Below are positions 28,147 through 38,282 of a DNA stretch of 64,000 nt, piece by piece. Numbering within the stretch: position 1 is the first letter of the stretch; every line of letters starts with the position of its first letter. The position numbers and the translations under genes were made by a program. This DNA comes from Candidatus Latescibacterota bacterium (GTDB lineage: Bacteria; Latescibacterota; CBDEFO01). The stretch is from positions 2,240,001 through 2,304,000 of the forward strand of contig OZ252149.1 in assembly GCA_965248755.1 (NCBI GenBank), given 5' to 3'. The notes under the pieces were generated by a model. The model searched no databases and had not been told where the DNA came from. It worked only from the letters and a program-made list of their open reading frames with translations.

Positions 28147-28712
28147 ATGACACAGATAATATTCTATACTCTCCTAACACTGTTAGTCGCTTTGAATGCG
28201 CCTGCTTACGCACAGGATCTTTTAGGCCCCAAAACCGACTATGCTGTTGGGGGTATTCCAGTACCAGTCTTGCTTGCAGGTTTGGACAGAGATGGAGATA
28301 ATGACTTAGCTGTGTCGAAAGTAGGCAGAGATAGTGTATCAGCATTCTTCAAAAATGGAGATGGTACATTTGCATCTTAGGTGTACTATCTCAACGGACC
28401 GGTCCCCCTTCACTATTCAGTCCAGATTTAGATGGGGATAATGACCTGGCTGTGGCTAATGAGATCAGCGATAATGTGTCAGTGTTGTTGAATCTCACTG
28501 ATATCCCTGTTAGCGCCCCTGGCCTTGCAGGAGATTTTGACAGGGACAATGAAGTAGGTCTTTCCGATTCTGTCCCTTTCTCTGGATGTGTTCCGGACAA
28601 CAACCGGTTCAAGCAATTGGGATCCTACATTCGATTTGGACGGTAACGTAGCGGTCGGTCTCTCCGATTCTGTAACTTTTCTGGAATAACTTCGGCAGGA
28701 CCAGATAGCTTG
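28147..28712 (+). pseudogene. Decayed secreted FG-GAP-repeat protein with C-terminal EF-hand/dockerin-like motifs
   Basis: Signal peptide; LDRDGDNDLAV and DLDGDNDLAVAN repeats; GDFDRDNEVGLSD; TAG at 28378 and frameshifts. Confidence 0.8.
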
Positions 28713-28876
28713 AAGAGGTAATTCAATGCACTATTCGGTGGGCTTGCCTGGTTCTTTTTGTCTGAAGAGTTAGTGCGCTTTAGCGTGGAGTTTGGATAAC
28801 TCCATTATGGTAACTAACTTTCTTAAGCCACATTTGGCCCTACTGACCCCTTTTTACACGTTTGTCCTTCTTAAGT

Positions 28877-29188
28877 CTATGCCTTGAGGTCTAGAGTCTG
28901 CCCCTTATTCGATTCGGGGTCTTGTGAGTTCAAAGCAGTTGTATTCTGTTCTTCATCTTCTGAGTCTTGGGACTCCTCTTTGTTCTGACGCTCTTCCGAC
29001 AGAAGGAGCGTATCTTCTTCCTGGTGCTTTTCCCTGTCTGTGGGCTTGTGCATCCGGGTACTCTGAGCCTTTGCTGACGGAGTCCACTTCTTGCGATCTG
29101 CGTCCGGATGTTTTCTTTGCGATTCGACTACCCTTTCCACCATCTGGGTCTTGGAGAAGGTCTTCTCAATTTCTATTGAATCAGCCAT
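28877..29188 (-). CDS. Small hydrophilic hypothetical protein ending KGQTLDLKA
   Basis: AAGGTG upstream; the C-terminal G-x-x-L-D motif resembles small motility-associated proteins. Confidence 0.65.
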   Translation of the reverse strand: MADSIEIEKTFSKTQMVERVVESQRKHPDADRKKWTPSAKAQSTRMHKPTDREKHQEEDTLLLSEERQNKEESQDSEDEEQNTTALNSQDPESNKGQTLDLKA

Positions 29189-29549
29189 CGGACGATCACC
29201 ACCTTATAAGTGAAACAGGACAAAGAACAGGAGCCAGGCCCATCTGTACTTACACGTAACATCTGAAGATCTTTAGCAGGATGGAGATAAGACAGTTCAA
29301 GACATCTTGTTCTACCTTTATGATCGGACAAATCGGTCTCATTCTTTAATCTGTGTCTTCCAGGCAAAAGGAGCGGGAACCTTGATGGCTGCCATTTGGC
29401 ACTTGTAGTGACCAAAGGGAAGGTCCGCCATTTCTGAAACGCTATTTAATTGACGTTTCTGCCCGACATCTATTCCGCTGTTATCACATTGTAATTGACA
29501 ACACAACATTCGGAGAAAAATTATGGATGAAAAGAGGAGGAGCTCAGAA

Positions 29550-30049
29550 ATGCTAATTGCAACAATAGTAATAGGGATACTTGCAATTATTCTTCTTGCA
29601 CAGGGTACCACAACGTACGAGGAGAACACATCAGTGGTATGAAATTGGCCCTGAACATGACAGTTGGAATCCTACCATTGTTGTTTTTCTCTTTTAGTGT
29701 GGCCGGTATGATTCAGGTTCTTATCCCCCGCGAATTCTTCCAACTTGGGTGGGTGAAGAATCTGGTATTCGAGGGATATTGATCGGTACAATAGCTGGCG
29801 GTTTGGCCCCTGGCGGTCCTTTATGTCAATTTACGTATCGCTGCTGGACTCTTGCGCTCTGGAGCAAGCGCGGGGACTACGGTTGCGTTTTTGACAGGAT
29901 GGTCATTATGGGCAGCTGGAAGATTACCGATAGAAATAGGGATATTAGGTTGGAGATTTACTTTGATTCGTATTGCAAGTACATTTTTCTTTCCACCTGT
30001 GGCCGGATTGATAGCTCAGAAGTTCTTTGCAGGTGTTAAATGGATATAG
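29550..30049 (+). pseudogene. Frameshifted predicted permease (DUF318/ArsP-like)
   Basis: GGAGG RBS; pieces MLIATIVIG..., WVGEESGIRGILIG..AG...PGGP, GASAGTTVAFLTGWSLW...EIGILG in different frames. Confidence 0.8.
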
Positions 30050-30220
30050 GTGATACCAAAACGCGCAAATTACGGAGACAATGCCTTTTGCCTCCTTTAT
30101 AGGGAGCATTCTGTTTCAGAATCCAGGGCAAAAATAGATCGAGGTCACGGTTCAGATCCTGGGAAACCGACAAGGCAACCCTGTGTAAGTTTGTAGGGCA
30201 AAGGAACTGGGAAAATTTGC

Positions 30221-30249
30221 TTGACAAAGCGGTCAAATAGAAGTATTAT
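30221..30249 (+). promoter_or_regulatory. Near-consensus sigma70 promoter for the HD-GYP gene
   Basis: TTGACA-N17-TATTAT. Confidence 0.75.
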
Positions 30250-30386
30250 GTATAGTTAGGAGACAAACATAAATATGGGAGGAAAAGAGAGCGGCCAATT
30301 CGACCCCTCGGACGAATTGAAAGACTCCTGAAAGAGTAAAAACTCGATGTAATTGGGATCTCAAGCTCCATTGGAGGTTTTACATA

Positions 30387-31469
30387 ATGAGGATTATGCA
30401 GATAGATAGTGTTCCTCCAGGCTCCATAGTAGAAAGGAATATATACTCCGCTGACGGTGTGGTTCTAGTAGGACACGGAGTGGAACTTACTCCAAGGTAT
30501 ATAGAGCGACTCAAGAGCCTGGGGGTACAGTCAATGTATATATACGACAAAAGGTTTGAGGACGTGGATGTTCACGACGTGGTATCGGAAAGAACCAGAT
30601 CCTCCGTTTCCTCAGCCGTAAAGAAGATATTTTCGAAGGTTGAACAGTCACTCCAGTCCGAGTCAGATACGGCTGTAGACAAAGGTGAAGTGAGGTCAGT
30701 CGCAAGCAAGATCGTAGATGACCTGATAGTAAGCAGTACCGATATAGTTAATCTGGCAGATCTAAAGACCTACGATGACTACACGTATCAGCATTCCGTG
30801 CAGGTGTGCATCTTGAGCATTCTGGTGGCAATGGGAATGGGGTACGACGAAAATCGGCTCAAGACGCTTGCAATGGGCGTGCTCTTGCGCGATATTGGGG
30901 AGGTTATGATTCCACCTGAGATCAAAAACAAGCCCGGAAAACTGACAGACGAAGAATCTGTGGAGATGCAGAAGCATCCATCAAACGGATTCCAGATACT
31001 CCAGGACAGAGCGGATCTGGATCCTGTGGTTACATATGTGGCGCTTCAGCACCACGAGAAACTGAACGGGAGAGGCTACCCACAGGGCCTCAAAGGAGAT
31101 GAGATCCATGAGTTTTCAAAGATCACAATAGTGGCGGACATCCACGATGCCGTGACTTCAAACAGAATCTACAAAGGAAGAGTAGCTCCTCATAAGGTCT
31201 TAAACCTGTTAGCAGCAAAGTCAGGTGAGGAGTTCGACCCCAGGGTAGTGGAAATCTTTCTTTCAAAGGTCGCCAGGTACCCCGAGGGGAGCATAGTAGC
31301 ACTGAAGACTGGAGAAAGGGCAGTGGTGCTGAAGAATGTTCAGGGGGAATTGGACAAACCCCAAATTCGAATCATAGCTGACAGAGACGGCGTTGAAATA
31401 GATGAACCATACACAATAGATCTTTCCAAAAATGATGCTCCAAAGATCGTAAGAATAGTAGAGTGGTAG
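30387..31469 (+). CDS. HD-GYP domain protein with HD changed to RD
   Basis: DDYTYQHSVQV, LLRDIG, HHEKLNGRGYPQGL, VAD..DA.TS.R.Y. Confidence 0.93.
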   Translation: MRIMQIDSVPPGSIVERNIYSADGVVLVGHGVELTPRYIERLKSLGVQSMYIYDKRFEDVDVHDVVSERTRSSVSSAVKKIFSKVEQSLQSESDTAVDKGEVRSVASKIVDDLIVSSTDIVNLADLKTYDDYTYQHSVQVCILSILVAMGMGYDENRLKTLAMGVLLRDIGEVMIPPEIKNKPGKLTDEESVEMQKHPSNGFQILQDRADLDPVVTYVALQHHEKLNGRGYPQGLKGDEIHEFSKITIVADIHDAVTSNRIYKGRVAPHKVLNLLAAKSGEEFDPRVVEIFLSKVARYPEGSIVALKTGERAVVLKNVQGELDKPQIRIIADRDGVEIDEPYTIDLSKNDAPKIVRIVEW

Positions 31470-31495
31470 AGATTGAAGAAAGTAGATGAAGGTTA

Positions 31496-31590
31496 CGGGT
31501 TATGCGTGATTCGACAGCGCAAGTTTTGGTTTCAGAGATTCACCTATCCAGTTTTTCTTGTTCCATAGTTTTTCATAATCTTTTGTTTTG
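31496..31590. repeat. Diverged non-coding direct repeat, copy 2
   Basis: See 27756-27850; offset 3740 nt. Confidence 0.7.
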
Positions 31591-32444
31591 TTTAGGTTAA
31601 CAGGGTTTCACCTCCCAGAATATTTCTTGGTTTTTCACGGCCTTCCGGCCTATTCCAGTAAAAATCGACTACAAATTGGTGGAAAAGTCAAGGTCAGTTA
31701 CGATCCGAAGCGCAACCGAAGTGTAGCAAGTCTTAAATAAGGATAGCTTATTTTGTATATTTGGTTTAATAAGTATTACTGAAGTTGACTAAGCTGTGAC
31801 CGGTCAGACTAAAGGTGTGAAAATAGAGGTGTCACTAACGTAGGAAAATCAATAGAAAACAAGAAGCATAAACGTTCTGGACGAAGCATAATAGTTCTGG
31901 GAAGATTCCCCGGAGCGCAGATGTTAAGCAAAAACTCTTCATTCTGCAATGTCTTGGAGCATTCGATTCCCCCAAGGAAGCCGTAGACTAACACTGGCAC
32001 AGATTTGACTTACATGAAACAGAGGAAAAGGGTTGGATTCGTGGGAGAGTTGATTATTACAGGAACCATCCCGTGTGTATTCCTGAATTAAGAGAGTTCT
32101 TTAACGAACAGCGTCAGAAGTATGTAGCGTCCCTTGACGAACTGCGGTAGTGCTTGTGAAGCGGCTGCTGGAATACCGCATAAAGCCTGCGAAGTTTGCG
32201 GAGAACCGCAAAGACTACAAAACGGCCAACGAAATCATAGGGGATGCTACTCCAGTTCTCGTGAACGCCGAGGTTGAAGACACTGGACAGTATACAAAAG
32301 ATGGTGGTGAAGTTCCGAGTCGATCTCGTACAACAAAAGGGATGCTTCAGCCAAATCAAGGCCACAAAAAATACGGTCTGAGCCACAGCCCGCCGCCTGT
32401 TGTTAGTGTGATCGTTCCGCCGCCTTCTGGAGCATAGACCCCCA

Positions 32445-32750
32445 CCTTGGCCAAGTGTTCGTTGAGAGAGGTTCACTACTTATCGTACGGTGGTTCGGTA
32501 AGATCAGATCCGCAGATTCCGATTCCAGGTGCTCTGTATATAACTCCCGAAAGTTACCGTGTATAAGACCGCTGTTGTCGGGAAGTTCCGTTTCCTAGGT
32601 TACCTCTTCTACCTACTCCCGCTCGGCGGTTCTTTCTTCCTCCTTCACCTTAAGCAGCACATCCTTCGTACAGGGATGTTCTGCTTTGACCGCTCTTCTT
32701 CCACTAATTCTTCGATGACATCGCGGTTGTCAGTGAGGTATGGGGCGTGG
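32445..32750 (-). pseudogene. Remnant of an N4/N6 DNA methyltransferase (mobile-element type)
   Basis: Minus-strand translation GLIHGNFRELYTEHLESESADLIL-(frameshift)-EPPYDK resembles the GD...SVDLILTDPPY motif. Confidence 0.6.
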
Positions 32751-33303
32751 TGAGATTACTTTTGGGTGATACCTATCTCAACAAGAGGGATAGCTGATTC
32801 AGAAAGGGTCCTACTGGGGAAACCTTATGCGGGGAACCCCGGTTCTACTAAGGAGCGTATGGTCGGAAACTGGAGGTTACGGCGGGCTGCTGTCCGCATC
32901 GCGTGCCCTTTTCAACCGTTGGGTCGGACTGTACGACAAGGAAGGTTACGACGTTGCGTCCGTCTTACGCGCGATGATAGACAAGGACAAAGCGACTTCA
33001 GCTCGGGGCCGGCGAGTATTCACCCGGGCCAGATAGGACCGGTCGTGTGTGTGATCCACCTGTACAAGATCGCGCAGAGAATAGAGGGCAGGCAAGTATC
33101 CGCAGAATGGCCACGCTTCGCCCGAGCGAGATGCAGACAATCTGGCTCGGTTCTTGCCCCTCTATTGCAAGCCCAGGACGACCCGGAACACTGCGTGCCC
33201 GGATTCGAGGCCGGTAATATGCGTACAACTTTAGGGACTTCCAGAAGATTTTGATGAGGCTGAGTTCGTCGTCAGTTGAAAAAGCTGATATACGGAGAGC
33301 ACT

Positions 33304-34251
33304 GTGAGTCACTACGACGACATACGCAACCGAATTCACCGTCAGATGGTGCCCTTGCCCATTCTGTATCACGACGATTACTCGATCGACCATGCCGGCC
33401 TGGCCAAATATGTCTGCTGGCAGCTAGAGAACGACACCAAGAATTTTTGTCTGACTTTCATGTACAGCCAGCTCGATTTCGTGACCCCTCACGAGATTGT
33501 GGATGTGACGCGCACAGTGTTGGAGGTCGTGCGTGATGACGCGCTGTTTATCTCCTGCACTGGCGGGGGACCCGTGCACGTTGCGATCGAGACGGTCCAG
33601 GCGTTCGAAAAGCTCGGTGCGCATGCTGCTTTCGTACATCTGCCCGAACACTGTCTGCAAACTTCCTCCCGTTGCGGTGAACTCTACGTGCAATACATTC
33701 GCGCCGTGGCCAGAGAAACCGAAATCCCCCTTCTGGCAGTGGCCCTGCCGGTACCCTGGACTTCCCCCCCACAGATCATGCTCCCCGTTCAGCTCCTCGA
33801 AGATCTTTGCCAGGAGGAACAGTTCATCGGGATCAAGGACGACATTTACGTGCTGGCCAATCGGATGGAACTGGTCCGCAGGTTCTCTGGACGCATGGGC
33901 ATCACCGGCGGTGGAATTTTCACTCACTACATCTTCTTCCACCACTGGCCCAACCAGGGTGAATTTTCCGGACTCTTCAACCCCAAGCGCTGCCAGAGTA
34001 TGTTCGAGTTGCTCGATGAGAACAACTATTTGGAGGTGCTCCAGATGATAGAAGAGGATCAACAATGTGGCTTCTCTCCGCCAAACATCCATGGGATGGC
34101 ACGCAATCAGGTCGTGGTGTACGGAATGGGCTTTGCCGAGACGTACCTTATGCGTCCCCCGATTGCCTCAGCCACCGAAGAACAGGCGAAGGCCGTCATT
34201 AGACACATGCGCCAGACGCCGACACTTTTTGAGCGCGTGGCCGCCCGATAG
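33304..34251 (+). CDS. Atypical dihydrodipicolinate synthase / N-acetylneuraminate lyase family protein
   Basis: DYSIDHAGL..YV.WQLE, YIRAVA.ET.IPL, FIGIKD (Schiff-base Lys), RPP near the C-terminus. Confidence 0.8.
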   Translation: MSHYDDIRNRIHRQMVPLPILYHDDYSIDHAGLAKYVCWQLENDTKNFCLTFMYSQLDFVTPHEIVDVTRTVLEVVRDDALFISCTGGGPVHVAIETVQAFEKLGAHAAFVHLPEHCLQTSSRCGELYVQYIRAVARETEIPLLAVALPVPWTSPPQIMLPVQLLEDLCQEEQFIGIKDDIYVLANRMELVRRFSGRMGITGGGIFTHYIFFHHWPNQGEFSGLFNPKRCQSMFELLDENNYLEVLQMIEEDQQCGFSPPNIHGMARNQVVVYGMGFAETYLMRPPIASATEEQAKAVIRHMRQTPTLFERVAAR

Positions 34252-34584
34252 ACTCAAGCGGGGACCAGCAGCTACGGCATCAGCAAGAGTTGGTTGACCC
34301 AGATTTCACCCTCGACAGCAGGGAGGGGTCCCTCCACGTCGATAATACACTCTGGCACGGAGGTCGCACCCTACACTCACCCTCCGGTCCAATACCACCA
34401 AAGAGCACACCCAGCCTCTGGATCCAAGGCAAATGCACGAAACCTCATACCTGCCGCACCAGCCACGTTAGTGTCTGCAAATTCGAGGGAGTACCACTTT
34501 TCCCTTGAATACGGAACCTGATTTCCGTACCTTCTAGGTGTGAAACCTCAAAAGACCTTAATCCACCACCAACCAGGAGATAGA

Positions 34585-35340
34585 ATGAAGCTCAGGCCCA
34601 ACCGCATCAAACACAAGCTGGCCGAGGGCGGCACCGCCTTCATAGTCTGCGGCATCACCCACCCTGACGACATCGACGCCTTTGGCCCTGTCGGATTCGA
34701 CGGCGTGTGGCTGGAAGGGGAACACGGAGCCGCAGGCCCGGAGGAGCTGGGAAATCTGACCCGCGCCTGCGATATCTGGAGCATGACTTCGGTGGTACGC
34801 GTCAACCGGAACGACCAGGCCCTCATCTACCAAACCCTCGACTGCGGAGCCCAGGCGATTGTAGTGCCGCACGTGAACACCAGGGAGGAAGCCCAAAACG
34901 TGGTGGATGGCGGCAAGTTCGCCCCTATCGGCCATCGCGGCATGTACACCAGCCGACAGGGCTATGGCGTCCCAGATTATTTCCAGGTAGCCAACGACGA
35001 AAGCCTGTTGATCATCCTGATCGAGGACATAGCCGCGGTCCGCAACCTGGATGAGATCCTGACGGTAGACCACGTTGACGTGTTCTTCGTAGCGCCCTCC
35101 GACCTGGCCACATCCATGGGCCATATAGACAACAGCCAGCACCCGGACGTGCAGAAAACAATTGACGACAGCCTAGCCCGCATTCAGAAAGCCGGCGGCG
35201 TTGCCGGTTACGTTGCCACAAACGAAACGGTTGAAAAGTACGCCGCAGCGGGCGTCCGCTTTTTCCTGACCCGCATCGACTCCTGGATCGCCGCCGGGGC
35301 CGCCGAATTCATACGCCGCGCCGAGAATGGAAGGAGGTAA
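34585..35340 (+). CDS. HpcH/HpaI class II aldolase family protein
   Basis: GFDGVWLEGEHG, VVRV, LDCGAQAIVVPHV, IED, PSDLA.SMG. Confidence 0.92.
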   Translation: MKLRPNRIKHKLAEGGTAFIVCGITHPDDIDAFGPVGFDGVWLEGEHGAAGPEELGNLTRACDIWSMTSVVRVNRNDQALIYQTLDCGAQAIVVPHVNTREEAQNVVDGGKFAPIGHRGMYTSRQGYGVPDYFQVANDESLLIILIEDIAAVRNLDEILTVDHVDVFFVAPSDLATSMGHIDNSQHPDVQKTIDDSLARIQKAGGVAGYVATNETVEKYAAAGVRFFLTRIDSWIAAGAAEFIRRAENGRR

Positions 35341-35342
35341 AA

Positions 35343-36218
35343 ATGAAAAACACAACTGTAAAAATCGAACCGGAAGAGGAAATCAGCTTCATGCACATTG
35401 ACCGGACCGACTTCGATTCCTTTACCCTGGCCCAGCGCATCCGCCACCTAGAGGTGGAGGGCTACGTTGCCCTTCCCGACGTGCTCGACGCCTCACAGAT
35501 TAAAAGACTCAAGGCCGAACTGTCCGACGTACCCATGCAGCACAAGGACTACAGCGAGGCGCAGACCTATGCTATGGAACCTCAGTGGCTGAGTCGCGCC
35601 GCGGCCGAACTTATCGCGCACCCGCCCGTCATCGAGTTTTTCGAGGCCCTGATGGGACCGGACGTCGTGTTCACGCACGGGCTCTTTACCCGCACTCTCT
35701 CCGGCTCTCCGGGCATCTCCATCCACACCGACGGCCAGCCCTTCGGCTCGTCCATCTTTGGCTATGAAGGCAGCTCGCCGCGCCTGTTGAGGGTACTCTA
35801 CTACCTCGATGATCTGATCCCTGAACGGGCGCCTTTCCGGCTCATACCCCGCTCGCACCTGTCCTTCCACGCCGAAGCCAACCCATACCGGCGCTACAAG
35901 TCGCATCCTCAGGAGATCACCCTGTGCATGAAGGCCGGTTCAGCCGTCATCGTTCCAGTGACCCTGTTCCACGGCACACATCCCAACAGGGACACGGTGC
36001 CCCGGGAGTTGATTCAATTCGGCTACCGGCCGGCCTGGGCAGGACCGATCCAGCCCATGGAGGAGTGGGACCCAGCACTGGTGGAGGCTGCGCCCGCAGC
36101 AGCCAAACCCTTCCTGCAGAGCCTCAACACCACCGGCAAGGAGTGGGAACAGCCGCACAAGCCCGAGGGCATGACAACAGAGGCGCCGGGGATCAATCCG
36201 GACCGCTGGGGGAATTGA
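35343..36218 (+). CDS. Phytanoyl-CoA dioxygenase (PhyH) family Fe/2OG enzyme
   Basis: EGYVALPDVL, HTD, IPRSH, FHG..PN...R. Confidence 0.9.
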   Translation: MKNTTVKIEPEEEISFMHIDRTDFDSFTLAQRIRHLEVEGYVALPDVLDASQIKRLKAELSDVPMQHKDYSEAQTYAMEPQWLSRAAAELIAHPPVIEFFEALMGPDVVFTHGLFTRTLSGSPGISIHTDGQPFGSSIFGYEGSSPRLLRVLYYLDDLIPERAPFRLIPRSHLSFHAEANPYRRYKSHPQEITLCMKAGSAVIVPVTLFHGTHPNRDTVPRELIQFGYRPAWAGPIQPMEEWDPALVEAAPAAAKPFLQSLNTTGKEWEQPHKPEGMTTEAPGINPDRWGN

Positions 36219-36502
36219 GCGCCGGGGAGCTGGAAGGAGCCTTCCGGGGAGGAAAGCTTCCACGAAGCGTCAGAAGACAAAATCAGGTGATGCAGGGTAC
36301 TGCCGCGTGGTTGTAGTACAAGGCGATACTGGTTCCTCTCAATGGTCGGCGCGGGACGAGTCGCTGACGTCGGCACATCGGATCAGGGTTTGAGCCATAG
36401 TCTCTTGATTCCAGGCTCACTTAACCCGTCCGCCGGTCACAAGTGCCGCGGCGACCCCCACGCGCAATTGCCGGTTGCAACCAATCATGGGGGATTTGAA
36501 AA

Positions 36503-37255
36503 ATGTGCGAAGGCAAATTATTAATGGATAGAGTAGCGCTCGTCACAGGCGCTACCCGGGGCATGGGGAGACACATTGCTTTAGCGCTGGCGAAAGAGGG
36601 AGCACAGGTAGCCATCAACGATTTGGAAGAAGAAAAGATAAGACAGGCAGCAGAAGAAATCGGTCCATCGGCGCTACCTTTCCAGGTTGATGTTAGCAAT
36701 TATGGCCAAGTTGAGAAAATGGTAAGGGAGATAGAAGAAAAATTCCACCGCATAGATATTCTGGTCAACAATGCAGGTGTATTGAGACCAACAGAATTTG
36801 ACCAGATTGATGAGGAGGAATGGGATTATGTATTGGATGTTAATCTCAAAGGCGTCTTTATCGTCTCACGGCTGGTCGTTCCCATAATGAAGAAAAGGAG
36901 ATATGGAAAGATCGTGAGTACGTCTTCGCTGGCAGGTAAGACAGTGAGCGATCTGGGAGGAGCACATTACACCGCTTCCAAGGCCGGGGTTTTGGGCTTG
37001 ACCAGACATATGGCGAAAGAGTTAGGTCCTTTTGGGATAAATGTTAATGCTATCTGCCCGGGCATGATTGATACCGAGATGGCCAGAGAAAACTCCTCAC
37101 AAGAACAACTGGAAGCTTACGCCAGGAGCTATCCTCTTCCAAGATTGGGGACACCAGAAGATGTGGCCCGCCTGGTGTTGTTCCTGGTCTCTGACCAGTC
37201 TTCTTACATCACCGGTGCCGCTGTAGACATAAATGGCGGAGATTTGATGATCTAA
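36503..37255 (+). CDS. SDR family oxidoreductase (FabG-like)
   Basis: TGATRGMG, NNAG, YTASK, PGMIDT. Confidence 0.95.
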   Translation: MCEGKLLMDRVALVTGATRGMGRHIALALAKEGAQVAINDLEEEKIRQAAEEIGPSALPFQVDVSNYGQVEKMVREIEEKFHRIDILVNNAGVLRPTEFDQIDEEEWDYVLDVNLKGVFIVSRLVVPIMKKRRYGKIVSTSSLAGKTVSDLGGAHYTASKAGVLGLTRHMAKELGPFGINVNAICPGMIDTEMARENSSQEQLEAYARSYPLPRLGTPEDVARLVLFLVSDQSSYITGAAVDINGGDLMI

Positions 37256-37488
37256 CCCGATTAATTCATAAACTTGATGGAAGTCATTGCGAGGAGCAAA
37301 GCGACGAAGCAATCTCAAGGTTTTATAGTGGTCTCCTATGAGAGCCGGAGAGTATTACATCTACCACATAATCGAGATTGCTTCGCCTCCGGCTCGCAAT
37401 GACACCGAAGATGGTTAAACGGCATAACTATAATCTAATACAATCCCTTAATTAATACACAGCCTTTTTTTGTGAATTATTCGGGCTA
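37253..37488. mobile_element. MITE-like element with ~18-bp imperfect terminal inverted repeats flanked by TA
   Basis: TA-ACCCGATTAATTCATAAA ... TTTGTGAATTATTCGGGC-TA; non-coding; left end overlaps the SDR stop codon. Confidence 0.7.
37283..37403. repeat. GTCATTGCGAG...GAAGCAATCTC / GAGATTGCTTC...CTCGCAATGAC palindromic element nested in the MITE
   Basis: Two perfect 11-bp inverted arm pairs are visible. Confidence 0.88.
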
Positions 37489-37541
37489 CTACGATCAAGG
37501 ACAGTTTATCAGATACGATGGAATAGGAAGGGAGACGCCTT

Positions 37542-37889
37542 GTGATACTTCGCGGCCACCATAACATCGAAGAACAACTGGGAGATAGCAGCCACGGCGG
37601 TTCGGGGAAATTCGCGGTTCGGACCCTGTTGGAAGAGGAGTTCCAGAGTAACCTAGCCTATGTCAGGGAACTCGTGTTGAAACCTAATTCCTCAATCGGG
37701 ATTCACGAACACCAGGGAGATGAAGAGATCTACTATATTGTCTCCGGACAGGGGCTTATGACAGTGGACAATGAGAAGCGCAATGTCAAGCCTGGAGACG
37801 TGATTCTGACTAAATCAGGAAGCAGTCATGGGCTGTTGAACGAAGGCAATGAAGACCTCAAGATATTTGTTGCTTGCGCGAAACTGTAG
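37542..37889 (+). CDS. Cupin domain protein
   Basis: GIHEH..DEEIYYIVSGQG ... PGD......SHGL.N. Confidence 0.92.
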   Translation: MILRGHHNIEEQLGDSSHGGSGKFAVRTLLEEEFQSNLAYVRELVLKPNSSIGIHEHQGDEEIYYIVSGQGLMTVDNEKRNVKPGDVILTKSGSSHGLLNEGNEDLKIFVACAKL

Positions 37890-38282
37890 CAGCTCTATAC
37901 TCGGCACCGCTCAAATGACGGCCTGCAAGCCGTTGAACAGAAAGAAGAAGGAGAGGTAAGACCTTGGTATTATCGAGTGGGCCTACTTCCTGCTGACAAA
38001 CAGTTACGGAGGCACGACCAGTACGACCCCTTTATCAGTAACGTTTTACAAAACAACAGTTTATGTATTTGACCCCGTACTAGTCGTACTAGTCGTACTT
38101 GCAAAAAGCAGATGGGAAGATGGCAGGGGCGAGCCAAAGGGATTAAGAAAACGACATTGAAAGTGTTTCTCAAAAGGAGGAAAAGATGGATGTTGAAGCC
38201 CTGCTTACAGTCAAACAGGGAACCAAGTTCTTAAGAAAGGCACGCGTTTCATGCAACAAAACCTATTCGAGGTGCAGATACC

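Noticed and set aside
30050..30386. c-di-GMP riboswitch upstream of the HD-GYP gene
   Set aside because: GGCAAA-like words are present but I could not build the GEMM two-hairpin consensus; an Infernal search would be needed.
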